The notes under the pieces are model-generated. The model saw nothing but the letters and a program-made list of their open reading frames with translations. It ran no database searches and was not told the DNA's origin. Below, one piece after another: positions 1 to 8,430 of a DNA stretch of 64,000 nt. Made by a program: the position numbers and the translations under genes. The DNA is taken from positions 1,526-65,525 of the forward strand of contig CAZFQU010000002.1 of the NCBI GenBank assembly GCA_964521245.1, given 5' to 3'. The stretch's first letter is position 1. Every line of letters begins with the position of its first letter. The DNA is from an uncultured Alistipes sp. GTDB lineage: Bacteria > Bacteroidota > Bacteroidia > Bacteroidales > Rikenellaceae.

Positions 1-83
1 TCGGTTTGAGTATTCTTTACTGTCGAGCAGGCGGTCGAGAAACCTAACAGAGCCAAAACGGCAAAAGTGATTTTCTTACTCAT
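1..83 (-). CDS. lipoprotein, first 27 codons only (gene runs off the left edge)
   Basis: Reverse complement of 1-83 starts with ATG (81-83) and reads MSKKITFAVLALLGFSTACSTVKNTQT, a signal peptide plus lipobox Cys. It is truncated, so it is absent from the ORF track. Confidence 0.45.
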   Translation of the reverse strand, partial: MSKKITFAVLALLGFSTACSTVKNTQT

Positions 84-362
84 AACATTATAGTTTTGGA
101 CAAAGATAGTAAATTTTATCTAATCTGCAAAAATATGCCCGCAATTTAGCTCCCTATTTTCTTCGCTCCCAACCTCCAATCCCTCTATCGACAAATTGCT
201 CTCGGAAAAATTTCATCACCAATAACACATTATACATAACGAAACCTTTACAAACGACAAATAGCACAAAAAAATGCGCAAATAGTTGCATAATATAATT
301 TATTTTACTTACTTTGCATCGACATAAATAACACAAACTTTTATAACTAATCTATTACCACA

Positions 363-590
363 ATGACCGGAAAAGTAAAATGGTTCGACAGTAAGAAGGG
401 TTACGGATTCATCATTGGCGAGAATGACAAAGAGATTTTCGTACACTTTACTGCCATTTTGAGCGAGGGCTTCAGAACTCTTAGCGAGCATCAGACTGTT
501 GAGTACGAAATTCAGGATGTTGATCGTGGCCAGCAGGCTGTGAATGTAAGAGTTATTAAGGAGAACAAGGCTCAGGTTGCAGCTGAGTAA
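363..590 (+). CDS. csp: cold-shock domain protein (CspA family)
   Basis: 75 aa. GKVKWFDSKKGYGFI and IFVHF match the RNP-1/RNP-2-like cold-shock motifs. Confidence 0.93.
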   Translation: MTGKVKWFDSKKGYGFIIGENDKEIFVHFTAILSEGFRTLSEHQTVEYEIQDVDRGQQAVNVRVIKENKAQVAAE

Positions 591-614
591 CGCTATACAA
601 AGAGTTACAGCGCG

Positions 615-653
615 GCGAGTACCTAATCAAAAAATTAGATGCTCGCTTTTTTT
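615..653 (+). terminator. rho-independent terminator after csp
   Basis: Imperfect hairpin GCGAG...CTCGC (615-646) followed by TTTTTTT (647-653). Confidence 0.6.
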
Positions 654-766
654 ACGCTATTTACCACAAAAGACTTTGTTATATAGCAAAAAATCACTAT
701 CTTGCGCTCGTTAATAAAGGAAAGGATACACAAAAACCTATATTTAATAAATTAACAACTATTTTT

Positions 767-3577
767 ATGAAGTACTTTTACAAATTTTTCCTTCCGCTAA
801 TCATTACTTTCTTTAGCGCAGGACTGATCGGTTGCTCGAGCGACAACACTGAAACGCCCGTTAATCCCGAGGAGGAGTTTTCGAAACTCGCTCCTATGGC
901 TGAGATTGTCTCGATTGACGCACAGCAGGTAGCTGCAACCGTTACTATCAAGACTCTTAACTGTCTTGATGTTGCTTATGACATCGTCAACGATGCTCAG
1001 ACTGCACCTTCGGCACAGTTGGTTTATGCCAGCGGTACCAACTACGCTATCAGTGGCGAGCGCGACAGCGAGGGTTACATCACCAGCACCTTCGAGATTA
1101 ACCGTATTCTTGCTCCCGCTACCGACTACCAGATTGCATTCGTTTTCAAGACCAATCGCAACAACTTTGTGGTTAACGCTGATGTGGATATTATGACCAA
1201 TAACTTCACCACCAAAGAGATGGGTGAATTAGAGCCCGGTCTTACTATCCTCAAGACCACCCCTTATGGTTGGGTTGCTCACTTCGAGATGCCCGAGCTT
1301 GGCGAGGGTCCTCAGCGCGACTACAAGGATAATATCGTGACCGACGAGAATGGCGAACCCATTATGCTTGGCAATGCTCTGCGTTGGTCCAACTCCAACA
1401 TCTTCACCTTTAATATTAAGACTATCGGTGCCGGCAACTGCGATGCATTTGCAATGACTCTGCACGACGATTACTATCCCGACAACCGTCTCTTCGAGTC
1501 CACCACCTTTGCTATCGGTAGCGAGGAGTTGATGGGTAAGAACGATTCGGACTTTAAGTATCTGGATATTGAGGCTATCCTCCCCGGCGAGCCTCATTAC
1601 TTCCTCACCGGTGAGTTCCAGCACGGTAACAGCCCCTACTTCTCCTACGGTGACGGTACGGTGGGTTGGCGTCTGCCTCTCTTCGACAACGCCTCGTTCG
1701 TAAGAGATACTCAGGGCTCGCTGCCTTATGGTACCGAGTACAACACTCAGGGGGAGTATTGGTCGGGCTTCTACTCGCGCGATATCTACACCACTACCGC
1801 TCCCGAGAAGATCGAGCAGAAGTGTAAGGTTGAGATTACCAATGCTCGTCCTAACGATGCTACCGTAACCATCACTCCCGAGGAGGGTGTTGTTGCTTAT
1901 GCGTTCATGGTATTGGACCACAGCACATACCAGCAGTACACCAGCGTTCTGATGGATCCCGCTAACTGGCAGTGGTTCCTCACCTCGTACGCCGGTCTTT
2001 ACGAGGGCGCTCTAACTGTAACTCAGCCCGTAGCTACCCGCTTCAACCTCTTGAACGACATTTTCTATGAGTGCAACCCCGGTATCCTTTACCACGTGCT
2101 TATTACCTCGATGGGTAACGAGATGCTCACCAAGCAGAGCTTTATGGACTTCACCTTCACTCTGCCCGACCGCACCAAGCCCGCGCCTGAGGTTGTTGTA
2201 ACTCCTCTGCCCGACGAGTGTACTGACGATACCATCTACTTCAACATCAAGGCTCCCAACAAGGATGCTTACGAGGTTAAATATCTTGTTGGCTACCGCC
2301 AGCAGTTCGAGAGCTACCTCTCGCAGTACTCCTACTCGTATCTTGTTGACTACTATGGTGCTACTCTGCCCTCGCAGTACGTAGAGCAGATTAACTCCGA
2401 CGAGGGCTTCCTCTTCCAGACTTCGTCGAAGCCCAACTCCGACACTGTCCTCGCCGTAATCGTTTCTAATGACGAGGGTCTGTCGAACAATCCCGACGCT
2501 CCCGGTTCGCAGGCAGTAGCTCAGGTTCGCTCGAAACCGCTACCTGCTGAGCCTCGTGTTGAGTCTGAGTACTTCGAGGCACTCCAAGGTCAGTGGACCG
2601 CTTCGGCTCAGGTTCTGATTTCGGTTTACGATGAGGAGGCTGGTGCTGCTAAGTGGGTTAAGTTGGATGAGCCCGTAAGTTGCGATGTTGAGATTTTCGA
2701 CGAGATTACCTATCCCGATCCTATGCCCGATAGTGTATATGACCTCTATCCTCCCTCACAGAAGGATAAGGCAGATATGTACTACGAGGAGTTCAAGACC
2801 GAGGCTGCTCAGTACAACCAGCAGCTCTACAACAACAACCGTCTGCTCTGCTTGGGCTTCAACTTCTTCCTGCCCGAGAGCGATGGCAAGGAGAACAACT
2901 ACTACCGTGCTATGTCGGTTGCTGAGCCTTGGGATTTGTTCGTACACGAGACCTACTCGTCGGCTTCGACTGCCGGTCTGTTCGAGGACTTCGGTCCAAA
3001 GTGGTTCCTCCACGTTGAACAGGATGGTTCGCTGACCGTACCTATCAACACCGAGTCGATGGATCCTCTGACCGATTGGGTTGACAACTACACCTATTAT
3101 ATGATTGGTTGGGACAATGCCAACGACCAGTATATGCCCTACGACCTGACTACCGGTGAGGATGCTAAGTTCCCCGTTGTTGTAGCTGAGGATAAGAACA
3201 GCTTCACGATTAAGGGTATCGAGTACGATGGCGATACTTACTACCCCACCGCTGTTGCTCTTATCAACAACTCGCCCTACATCGACGCTGTTGTATGCTC
3301 TGAGATTACCCTCACTCGCAAGAGTGCAGGCGAGGAGGCTGACAACTCTGCTGTGGCTAACTCGGTTAAGCACCTGAAGCGTGCCGGCGTTGTGGGCAAT
3401 GGTCCTGCAATCACCGTAAAGAACAACGAGACTATGCCTCGCTCGCTCTTCATTGGCGATGCTCCTAAGCAGGTTGAGATTGTCGAGATGAAGGATTTCC
3501 GTTTCGCTAACTTCGATGGCGTATATGAGCGTCAGAGCCGTCTGTTCGACCTTATGATGGAGGCTAAGAACAAGTAA
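767..3577 (+). CDS. large surface lipoprotein, function unknown
   Basis: 936 aa. N-terminus MKYFYKFFLPLIITFFSAGLIGCSSDN has a signal peptide and lipobox Cys. Codon usage matches neighbouring genes. I recognise no catalytic motif. Confidence 0.8.
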   Translation: MKYFYKFFLPLIITFFSAGLIGCSSDNTETPVNPEEEFSKLAPMAEIVSIDAQQVAATVTIKTLNCLDVAYDIVNDAQTAPSAQLVYASGTNYAISGERDSEGYITSTFEINRILAPATDYQIAFVFKTNRNNFVVNADVDIMTNNFTTKEMGELEPGLTILKTTPYGWVAHFEMPELGEGPQRDYKDNIVTDENGEPIMLGNALRWSNSNIFTFNIKTIGAGNCDAFAMTLHDDYYPDNRLFESTTFAIGSEELMGKNDSDFKYLDIEAILPGEPHYFLTGEFQHGNSPYFSYGDGTVGWRLPLFDNASFVRDTQGSLPYGTEYNTQGEYWSGFYSRDIYTTTAPEKIEQKCKVEITNARPNDATVTITPEEGVVAYAFMVLDHSTYQQYTSVLMDPANWQWFLTSYAGLYEGALTVTQPVATRFNLLNDIFYECNPGILYHVLITSMGNEMLTKQSFMDFTFTLPDRTKPAPEVVVTPLPDECTDDTIYFNIKAPNKDAYEVKYLVGYRQQFESYLSQYSYSYLVDYYGATLPSQYVEQINSDEGFLFQTSSKPNSDTVLAVIVSNDEGLSNNPDAPGSQAVAQVRSKPLPAEPRVESEYFEALQGQWTASAQVLISVYDEEAGAAKWVKLDEPVSCDVEIFDEITYPDPMPDSVYDLYPPSQKDKADMYYEEFKTEAAQYNQQLYNNNRLLCLGFNFFLPESDGKENNYYRAMSVAEPWDLFVHETYSSASTAGLFEDFGPKWFLHVEQDGSLTVPINTESMDPLTDWVDNYTYYMIGWDNANDQYMPYDLTTGEDAKFPVVVAEDKNSFTIKGIEYDGDTYYPTAVALINNSPYIDAVVCSEITLTRKSAGEEADNSAVANSVKHLKRAGVVGNGPAITVKNNETMPRSLFIGDAPKQVEIVEMKDFRFANFDGVYERQSRLFDLMMEAKNK

Positions 3578-3599
3578 TACTATAAATTACTAACACAAG

Positions 3600-3640
3600 A
3601 GGTGGCTTCTCTTAAGCAGAGGAGCCACCTCTCTTATTGT
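3600..3640 (+). terminator. terminator hairpin after the 936-aa gene
   Basis: AGGTGGCTTCT (3600-3610) pairs with AGGAGCCACCT (3620-3630), 11 bp with one G-T wobble and a 9-nt loop, followed by T-rich CTCTTATTGTT. Confidence 0.55.
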
Positions 3641-3773
3641 TGGTGGATGGGTAGGCTGATTGAATTTTTCAAAATTTTTATTTATATTTCAAAAAAAAGT
3701 AGTAATTTTGGAGCGTTAACTGCTACGTAAAGTCACAAGGAGCTATCCGTAGCATTGATTAGGATTATTAGGT

Positions 3774-3781
3774 TAATTTTG
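3774..3781 (+). promoter_or_regulatory. -7 promoter box TAATTTTG (Bacteroides TAnnTTTG type) for pfk
   Basis: Exact TAnnTTTG match 22 nt upstream of the ATG at 3803. A second match lies at 3703-3710. Confidence 0.45.
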
Positions 3782-3802
3782 TAATATTAAAATTTTAAGA
3801 GT

Positions 3803-5032
3803 ATGAAAGAAGCAATTGCTATTCTTACCGGTGGAGGTCCCGCTCCCGGTATGAACACTGTTGTTGGCTCGGTTGCCAAAACCTTCCTCAGAAAGGGCTA
3901 TCGTGTGATTGGTTTGCACGAGGGTTATACAGGTCTGTTCAACCCCAATCCCCGCACTGTCGATATAGATTTCATTATGGCTGACGGTATCTTCAATCAG
4001 GGAGGTTCGTTCCTCCAGATGAGCCGTTTCAAGCCTTCGAACGATGATTTTGCCAACAACTTCAACCTCAAGTTCTTCACCGAGAACAATGTTAAGTTGC
4101 TGGTAACCGTTGGTGGCGACGATACCGCATCGACCGCAAATCGTATTGCTAAGTTCCTCGAGGAGAAGCAATATCCCATTGCCAATATCCACGTTCCCAA
4201 GACTATCGACAACGACCTGCCTCTGCCCAAGGGTACTCCTACTTTCGGCTACGAGTCGGCTAAGGATAAGGGTGCAGTGATTGCACGTGCCGTATATGTT
4301 GATGCTCGCACAAGTGGCAACTGGTTTGTGTTGGCGGCTATGGGTCGCTCGGCAGGTCACCTTGCATTTGGTATTGGCGAGGCTTGTCACTACCCTATGA
4401 TTGTTATCCCCGAGATGTTCAACAAGACCACCATTACGGTAGATAAAATCGTAAGCCTTGTTATCTCGTCGATTATCAAGCGCAAGTTGATGGGTATGAA
4501 CTATGGTGCTGCCGTAATCTCGGAGGGCGTATTCCACTCGCTTTCCGACGAGGAGATTAAGAAGAGCGGCATCCTCTTCAGCTACGACGAGCATGGTCAC
4601 CCAGAGCTTGGTAAGGTGTCGAAGGCTCACATCTTCAGCGAGATGATTGATATGCGTATGAAGGGCCTTAAGCTCAAGGTCAAGACCCGCCCCGTGGAGC
4701 TTGGATACGAAATCCGTTGCCAGACTCCTACCGGCTACGACCTGACCTACTGCTCGGAGCTTGGTCTGGGTGTATATCAGCTCTTCTCGGAGGGTAAGAC
4801 CGGCTGTATGGTCTATGTTGATTCCGAGGGCAACGTATCACCTCTCTATCTGAAAGACCTTCAGGCTGAGGATGGCAAGATTCCTCCCCGTTTGGTTGAT
4901 ATCAACTCCGACAAGTTCAACTCGGTTATGGATACCATCATCTGTGGTCTGTGCGAGGAGGACTACGAGGCTGCTAAGCAGTATGTCTCTAATCCCGAGG
5001 AGTTCGACTTCAAGAAGATTCTTAATTGGTAA
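3803..5032 (+). CDS. pfp: 6-phosphofructokinase family, PPi-dependent-type signature
   Basis: 409 aa. GGGPAPGMN, TVGGDDTAS (GGDD rather than the GGDG of ATP-dependent enzymes) and PKTIDNDL motifs. Confidence 0.85.
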   Translation: MKEAIAILTGGGPAPGMNTVVGSVAKTFLRKGYRVIGLHEGYTGLFNPNPRTVDIDFIMADGIFNQGGSFLQMSRFKPSNDDFANNFNLKFFTENNVKLLVTVGGDDTASTANRIAKFLEEKQYPIANIHVPKTIDNDLPLPKGTPTFGYESAKDKGAVIARAVYVDARTSGNWFVLAAMGRSAGHLAFGIGEACHYPMIVIPEMFNKTTITVDKIVSLVISSIIKRKLMGMNYGAAVISEGVFHSLSDEEIKKSGILFSYDEHGHPELGKVSKAHIFSEMIDMRMKGLKLKVKTRPVELGYEIRCQTPTGYDLTYCSELGLGVYQLFSEGKTGCMVYVDSEGNVSPLYLKDLQAEDGKIPPRLVDINSDKFNSVMDTIICGLCEEDYEAAKQYVSNPEEFDFKKILNW

Positions 5033-5047
5033 TACACTACATACAAA

Positions 5048-5087
5048 AACAGAATTAGCTGCCCCTTGAAGGACAGCTAATTCTGTT
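5048..5087. terminator. bidirectional terminator between pfk (+) and the Dabb gene (-)
   Basis: Perfect 14-bp stem AACAGAATTAGCTG / CAGCTAATTCTGTT with a 12-nt loop. Flanked by an A run on the left and T residues on the right. Confidence 0.7.
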
Positions 5088-5100
5088 TTATAGAACCCTG

Positions 5101-5403
5101 CTACACAAAGTAATCGACCACTACTCTCGTTTCGCGGACGCTCTCGCAGTGCTTGCTTACGGCAACGTGTGCGGGGTGGACCTTATAGATATCCAAATCC
5201 TCTTTCGAAAGGAAGGTTACTGTCAGCACAGCATCAAAAGCCGCATCAGACTCAAACTCGTTAACACCAACCTCAAGAGTTTGAATTTGGGGGATAACAC
5301 CCACCAAAGCTTCGAGATTTTCCTTCATCCAGAGCGCATGTTCGCGACGGCTCTTACCTTCGGCATTCTCTCTAAAACGCCACATTACGATATGTTTCAA
5401 CAT
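5101..5403 (-). CDS. Dabb (stress-responsive A/B-barrel) domain protein
   Basis: 100 aa. HIVMWRF start and KVHPAHVAV, typical of the Dabb family. Confidence 0.75.
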   Translation of the reverse strand: MLKHIVMWRFRENAEGKSRREHALWMKENLEALVGVIPQIQTLEVGVNEFESDAAFDAVLTVTFLSKEDLDIYKVHPAHVAVSKHCESVRETRVVVDYFV

Positions 5404-5416
5404 AGCTAAAAAGGTT

Positions 5417-5911
5417 TTATAGTTTGAAAAATTGTAGTTGCAAATCGTTATACAGATTCTCTACGGGCAGATGGCTGCGATGCGCACGAGTCACTGTATA
5501 TTGTGTACCACCCTTCGACCCATCGAAGTAAGCCACAAGATAGGAGGAGTTATCTACCAAAAAATCGTTGCGGCGATGGTAGCTGCGTGGCGAATACTCT
5601 GCATCAAGAGTGACGACTCGATCAGCAGCAGCAATTATGGCATCATAACGCCTACGCTCCTCATAGTTCAGCGAGGAAGAGTGTGAGCGAAAGGGGACTA
5701 CTGCCACCAGCTCTATGTCCCGAAGTTCGCCTCTCAGAGCTACTACCGCCTCGGCAGCAGCCATATCGAACCCACGAGCCATACCACTCAAGAAGCGACG
5801 ATAGCCCCGCTCATAGAGCGCGCGAATAGTGATTCTGAGTTCACTCTCCGCTTCGCACTTATAATCTCTATGCCCCGTAAAGGCAACGGTATGTTCCCTA
5901 TCAAAGTTCAT
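5417..5911 (-). CDS. SLOG-fold protein, DUF1273 / YpsA-like
   Basis: 164 aa. VAFTGHRD near the N-terminus and the ...LVAYFDGSKGGT... segment are typical of DUF1273. Confidence 0.7.
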   Translation of the reverse strand: MNFDREHTVAFTGHRDYKCEAESELRITIRALYERGYRRFLSGMARGFDMAAAEAVVALRGELRDIELVAVVPFRSHSSSLNYEERRRYDAIIAAADRVVTLDAEYSPRSYHRRNDFLVDNSSYLVAYFDGSKGGTQYTVTRAHRSHLPVENLYNDLQLQFFKL

Positions 5912-5916
5912 CAGAA

Positions 5917-5924
5917 CAAATATA
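5917..5924 (-). promoter_or_regulatory. -7 box TATATTTG directly in front of the SLOG gene ATG (probable leaderless mRNA)
   Basis: The minus strand reads TATATTTGttctgATG, leaving only 5 nt between the box and the start codon at 5911. Confidence 0.45.
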
Positions 5925-6006
5925 CAATTTTTTTTCTGATTAGTGTCATCTGTGGCGTGGACTTTGCAAATTTATCTTCACGAACAACAATAAAATTTAT
6001 AGCACT

Positions 6007-6222
6007 ATGAAACACTCAACAGTTTGCGCTGCCTCACTTCTTGGCGGCATTGTTATCGGTTCGGCACTTGCCATGCTCTTCACACCCCAATCGGGCGATG
6101 AGCTACGCAGTATGATTCGCGAAAAGTTTAACCGCGAAGTTGACAAAGCAAAGGAGGAGATTGATAAGGTAAAACGCGATTTCGAACAGATGCGTTGCCA
6201 TTGTAACGACAGCGAGAAGTAG
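6007..6222 (+). CDS. YtxH-like small membrane-anchored protein
   Basis: 71 aa. N-terminal hydrophobic segment with GIVIGSALAMLFTPQSGDELR, followed by a charged helix. Confidence 0.6.
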   Translation: MKHSTVCAASLLGGIVIGSALAMLFTPQSGDELRSMIREKFNREVDKAKEEIDKVKRDFEQMRCHCNDSEK

Positions 6223-6225
6223 GTT

Positions 6226-6561
6226 ATGGCTGAGAATAGCTCCTTCATCGGCAAGCTGGGTGCGAGTCTGATAATATTCTCGCTGACAGCCATCATATCG
6301 ATTTTGCTTATTGTGTCGGCATTTACGGTGTGGCTATCAGAAATTATAGGTTCGCTCTTCGGCTCAATGCTGATTGTCGGGGCTTTCTTTCTGACCATAT
6401 CTCTGTTGGTCTATATACTTTCGTTACGCGAGCAGTTCAAACAAATCAATATGCGCCTCGACACGATTTATAATGTGGCAGAAACTGCTCAAAAAGGATA
6501 TCTCTGGATAAAAGAATATCTGCTGAGTTGGATAACAAGAATTACTCCGCAACGAAAGTAA
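6226..6561 (+). CDS. small membrane protein (about 3 TM segments), unknown function
   Basis: 111 aa with hydrophobic stretches. Starts 4 nt after the YtxH stop, suggesting coupling. Its last codons overlap repeat element R0. Confidence 0.6.
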   Translation: MAENSSFIGKLGASLIIFSLTAIISILLIVSAFTVWLSEIIGSLFGSMLIVGAFFLTISLLVYILSLREQFKQINMRLDTIYNVAETAQKGYLWIKEYLLSWITRITPQRK

Positions 6562-6642
6562 TTGATTTTAGAGGAGTAGATTTGTTCTTAAACGAAGAGA
6601 GGCTCCGAGGGATAGTACTTTGACGTACAGCCCAAAGGAGCC
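6544..6642 (+). repeat. solitary copy (R0) of the box-plus-hairpin element that is triplicated at 43.7-44.1 kb
   Basis: TTGATTTTAGAGGAGTAGATTTGT (6562-6585) differs from the array box by one substitution and one 1-nt indel. Hairpin 6601-6642 shares the apex GGGATAGTAC-TTTGAC-GTACAGCCC. Confidence 0.7.
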
Positions 6643-6684
6643 ACTCAAGAGCAAGGACAAATATGTCCTATACGAATCAAAAAA

Positions 6685-7236
6685 TTATTTGAAGTATCTA
6701 TTATAAAGTCCCTCAAAACCCTTACCGTGACGAGCCTCGTCTTTAGCCATCTCGTGAACAGTATCGTGAACGGCATCGAGGTTCTGCTCCTTAGCAATCT
6801 TAGCAAGGTGCATCTTGCCATCGCAAGCACCACACTCAGCATTCATACGCTTATAGAGGTTGGTCTTGGTGTCCCATACTACCTCACCGATAAGCTCGGC
6901 AAACTTAGCAGCATGCTCTGCCTCCTCCCAAGCATAACGCTTGAAAGCCTCAGCAATCTCGGGATAGCCCTCACGGTCTGCTTGACGGCTCATAGCCAGA
7001 TACATACCTACCTCGGTACACTCGCCCATAAAGTGGTCCTGCAAACCCTGCCACAACTCGGGGTTAGAACCCTTGCCATCGCCCAACTTATGCTCGGTAA
7101 CAAAGTTCAAGCCATTAGCATCCTCTACAACCTCTACGAACTTATCAGCTCCAACCTTGCAATGGGGGCACTGTGCGGGTGCCTCATTACCCTCGTGAAT
7201 GTAACCGCATACGGTACAACGCCATTTCTTAGTCAT
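6685..7236 (-). CDS. rbr: reverse rubrerythrin (N-terminal rubredoxin domain, C-terminal ferritin-like diiron domain)
   Basis: 183 aa. CTVCGY...CPHC at the N-terminus, then E..EH-type diiron helices ([18 protein letters not shown]). Confidence 0.88.
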   Translation of the reverse strand: MTKKWRCTVCGYIHEGNEAPAQCPHCKVGADKFVEVVEDANGLNFVTEHKLGDGKGSNPELWQGLQDHFMGECTEVGMYLAMSRQADREGYPEIAEAFKRYAWEEAEHAAKFAELIGEVVWDTKTNLYKRMNAECGACDGKMHLAKIAKEQNLDAVHDTVHEMAKDEARHGKGFEGLYNRYFK

Positions 7237-7289
7237 AATCTTAAGTTTTAATTAGTTTGTTATTTTGTGTTATCTTCTTGTTTCTGATG

Positions 7290-7297
7290 CAAAGGTA
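7290..7297 (-). promoter_or_regulatory. -7 box TACCTTTG for rubrerythrin
   Basis: Exact TAnnTTTG on the minus strand, about 54 nt upstream of the ATG at 7236. Confidence 0.45.
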
Positions 7298-7361
7298 ATA
7301 TGAAACAGTAAACTTTCCTAACTTTTCTGATAATATATTCTTATCTGCACATAAGCCAAAA

Positions 7362-8315
7362 CTATTGCTTGGGTGCATCTATAGCCTGCTCGATAAGCTC
7401 TACGTCAACTATATCTTTGAGTAACACTCGCTTATCCTTACCCAGAAGATAGAGCGACGGGATGGCTCTCTGGTCATAGAGTCTGTCGCGGGTTAGTATG
7501 CACCCGTCATCATAGGCGTTAATCCACGCTGCAGGAATCTCGCTTAGGTGGTTATGCCACTCGGTAAGGTCCTCGTCGGGGTAAATCATAAGCACTTTCA
7601 TATCGCCTCGCTCTATGGCTGAGTTTATCATAGGCGAGGAGGTTATAGACTCTTTCACCTCGCGACACATCGGACAGCCGGGATTATTGATAAAGAGTAT
7701 TACATAGTCGGCACGAATCTCGCTAAGGCGATGTTTCTTGCCCGAGGCAAGGGTATAAACAAAGTCGGTGGCCTTCTCTCCTACCCTATTTCTGAGGGCA
7801 AGGTCGAGGTCGTATTGCGGAGCGAGTTTCTCATATTGGTCTAAGTATGGGCTTGCCAACACCTCGCGCAAAACCTCGATATAGAGAGTTTCGTTTCTGA
7901 TTGCCGAGTTGGGGTCGCCGAGCAGTCGCTCTCCCATCATCTGAAAATATTGCACCATAGGTTTCGACACATCGGCTCGCTGCATCAGATTGCGCATAGC
8001 CATCGAATCCTTCGGGTCGAGAACCAAAGCAACATAGGCAGCAAAATTCTCCATGACAGCCATCGTGTCGAGACGATAGACCAGCGTTGAGTCTGAAAAA
8101 TCGAAACTATCCCAATAGTGGTCGCGCAGATACTTCAGCTGTTCATCGCGCTCCATATCGGCAGGAGGCAACGTCGGGATAAATGTTGCGGGAGGCAGAT
8201 TGCGTAGTGGTTCCTGCTCCACTGAGGAGTCGGGAGTAACGGTTGTCTGCTGCACACTTCTACCCGCACAACCCAAACACAATAAGACCAAAAACAGATA
8301 TAGTACACTCTTCAT
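7362..8315 (-). CDS. thioredoxin-fold lipoprotein (DUF5106-like N-terminus, TlpA-like C-terminus)
   Basis: 317 aa. Signal peptide plus LGCAG lipobox, and CPMC redox motif in FINNPGCPMCREV. Confidence 0.65.
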   Translation of the reverse strand: MKSVLYLFLVLLCLGCAGRSVQQTTVTPDSSVEQEPLRNLPPATFIPTLPPADMERDEQLKYLRDHYWDSFDFSDSTLVYRLDTMAVMENFAAYVALVLDPKDSMAMRNLMQRADVSKPMVQYFQMMGERLLGDPNSAIRNETLYIEVLREVLASPYLDQYEKLAPQYDLDLALRNRVGEKATDFVYTLASGKKHRLSEIRADYVILFINNPGCPMCREVKESITSSPMINSAIERGDMKVLMIYPDEDLTEWHNHLSEIPAAWINAYDDGCILTRDRLYDQRAIPSLYLLGKDKRVLLKDIVDVELIEQAIDAPKQ

Positions 8316-8335
8316 AAGTCAACCCATATTTTTCA

Positions 8336-8343
8336 CAAAGTTA
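8336..8343 (-). promoter_or_regulatory. -7 box TAACTTTG for the thioredoxin-fold gene
   Basis: Exact TAnnTTTG on the minus strand, 20 nt upstream of the ATG at 8315. Confidence 0.45.
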
Positions 8344-8373
8344 AAAAATATTCACAAAAGCGAGTAGCATACA

Positions 8374-8408
8374 GAACAAAAAAACCGCCGAAATATAATC
8401 GACGGTTT
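8374..8408 (-). terminator. rho-independent terminator of the acd-etf operon
   Basis: The minus strand reads AAACCGTCGA-ttatatt-TCGGCGGTTT followed by TTTTTTTGTT. It lies just downstream of the stop at 8431. Confidence 0.6.
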
Positions 8409-8430
8409 CTTGTTCTCATCACAGCTGAGC

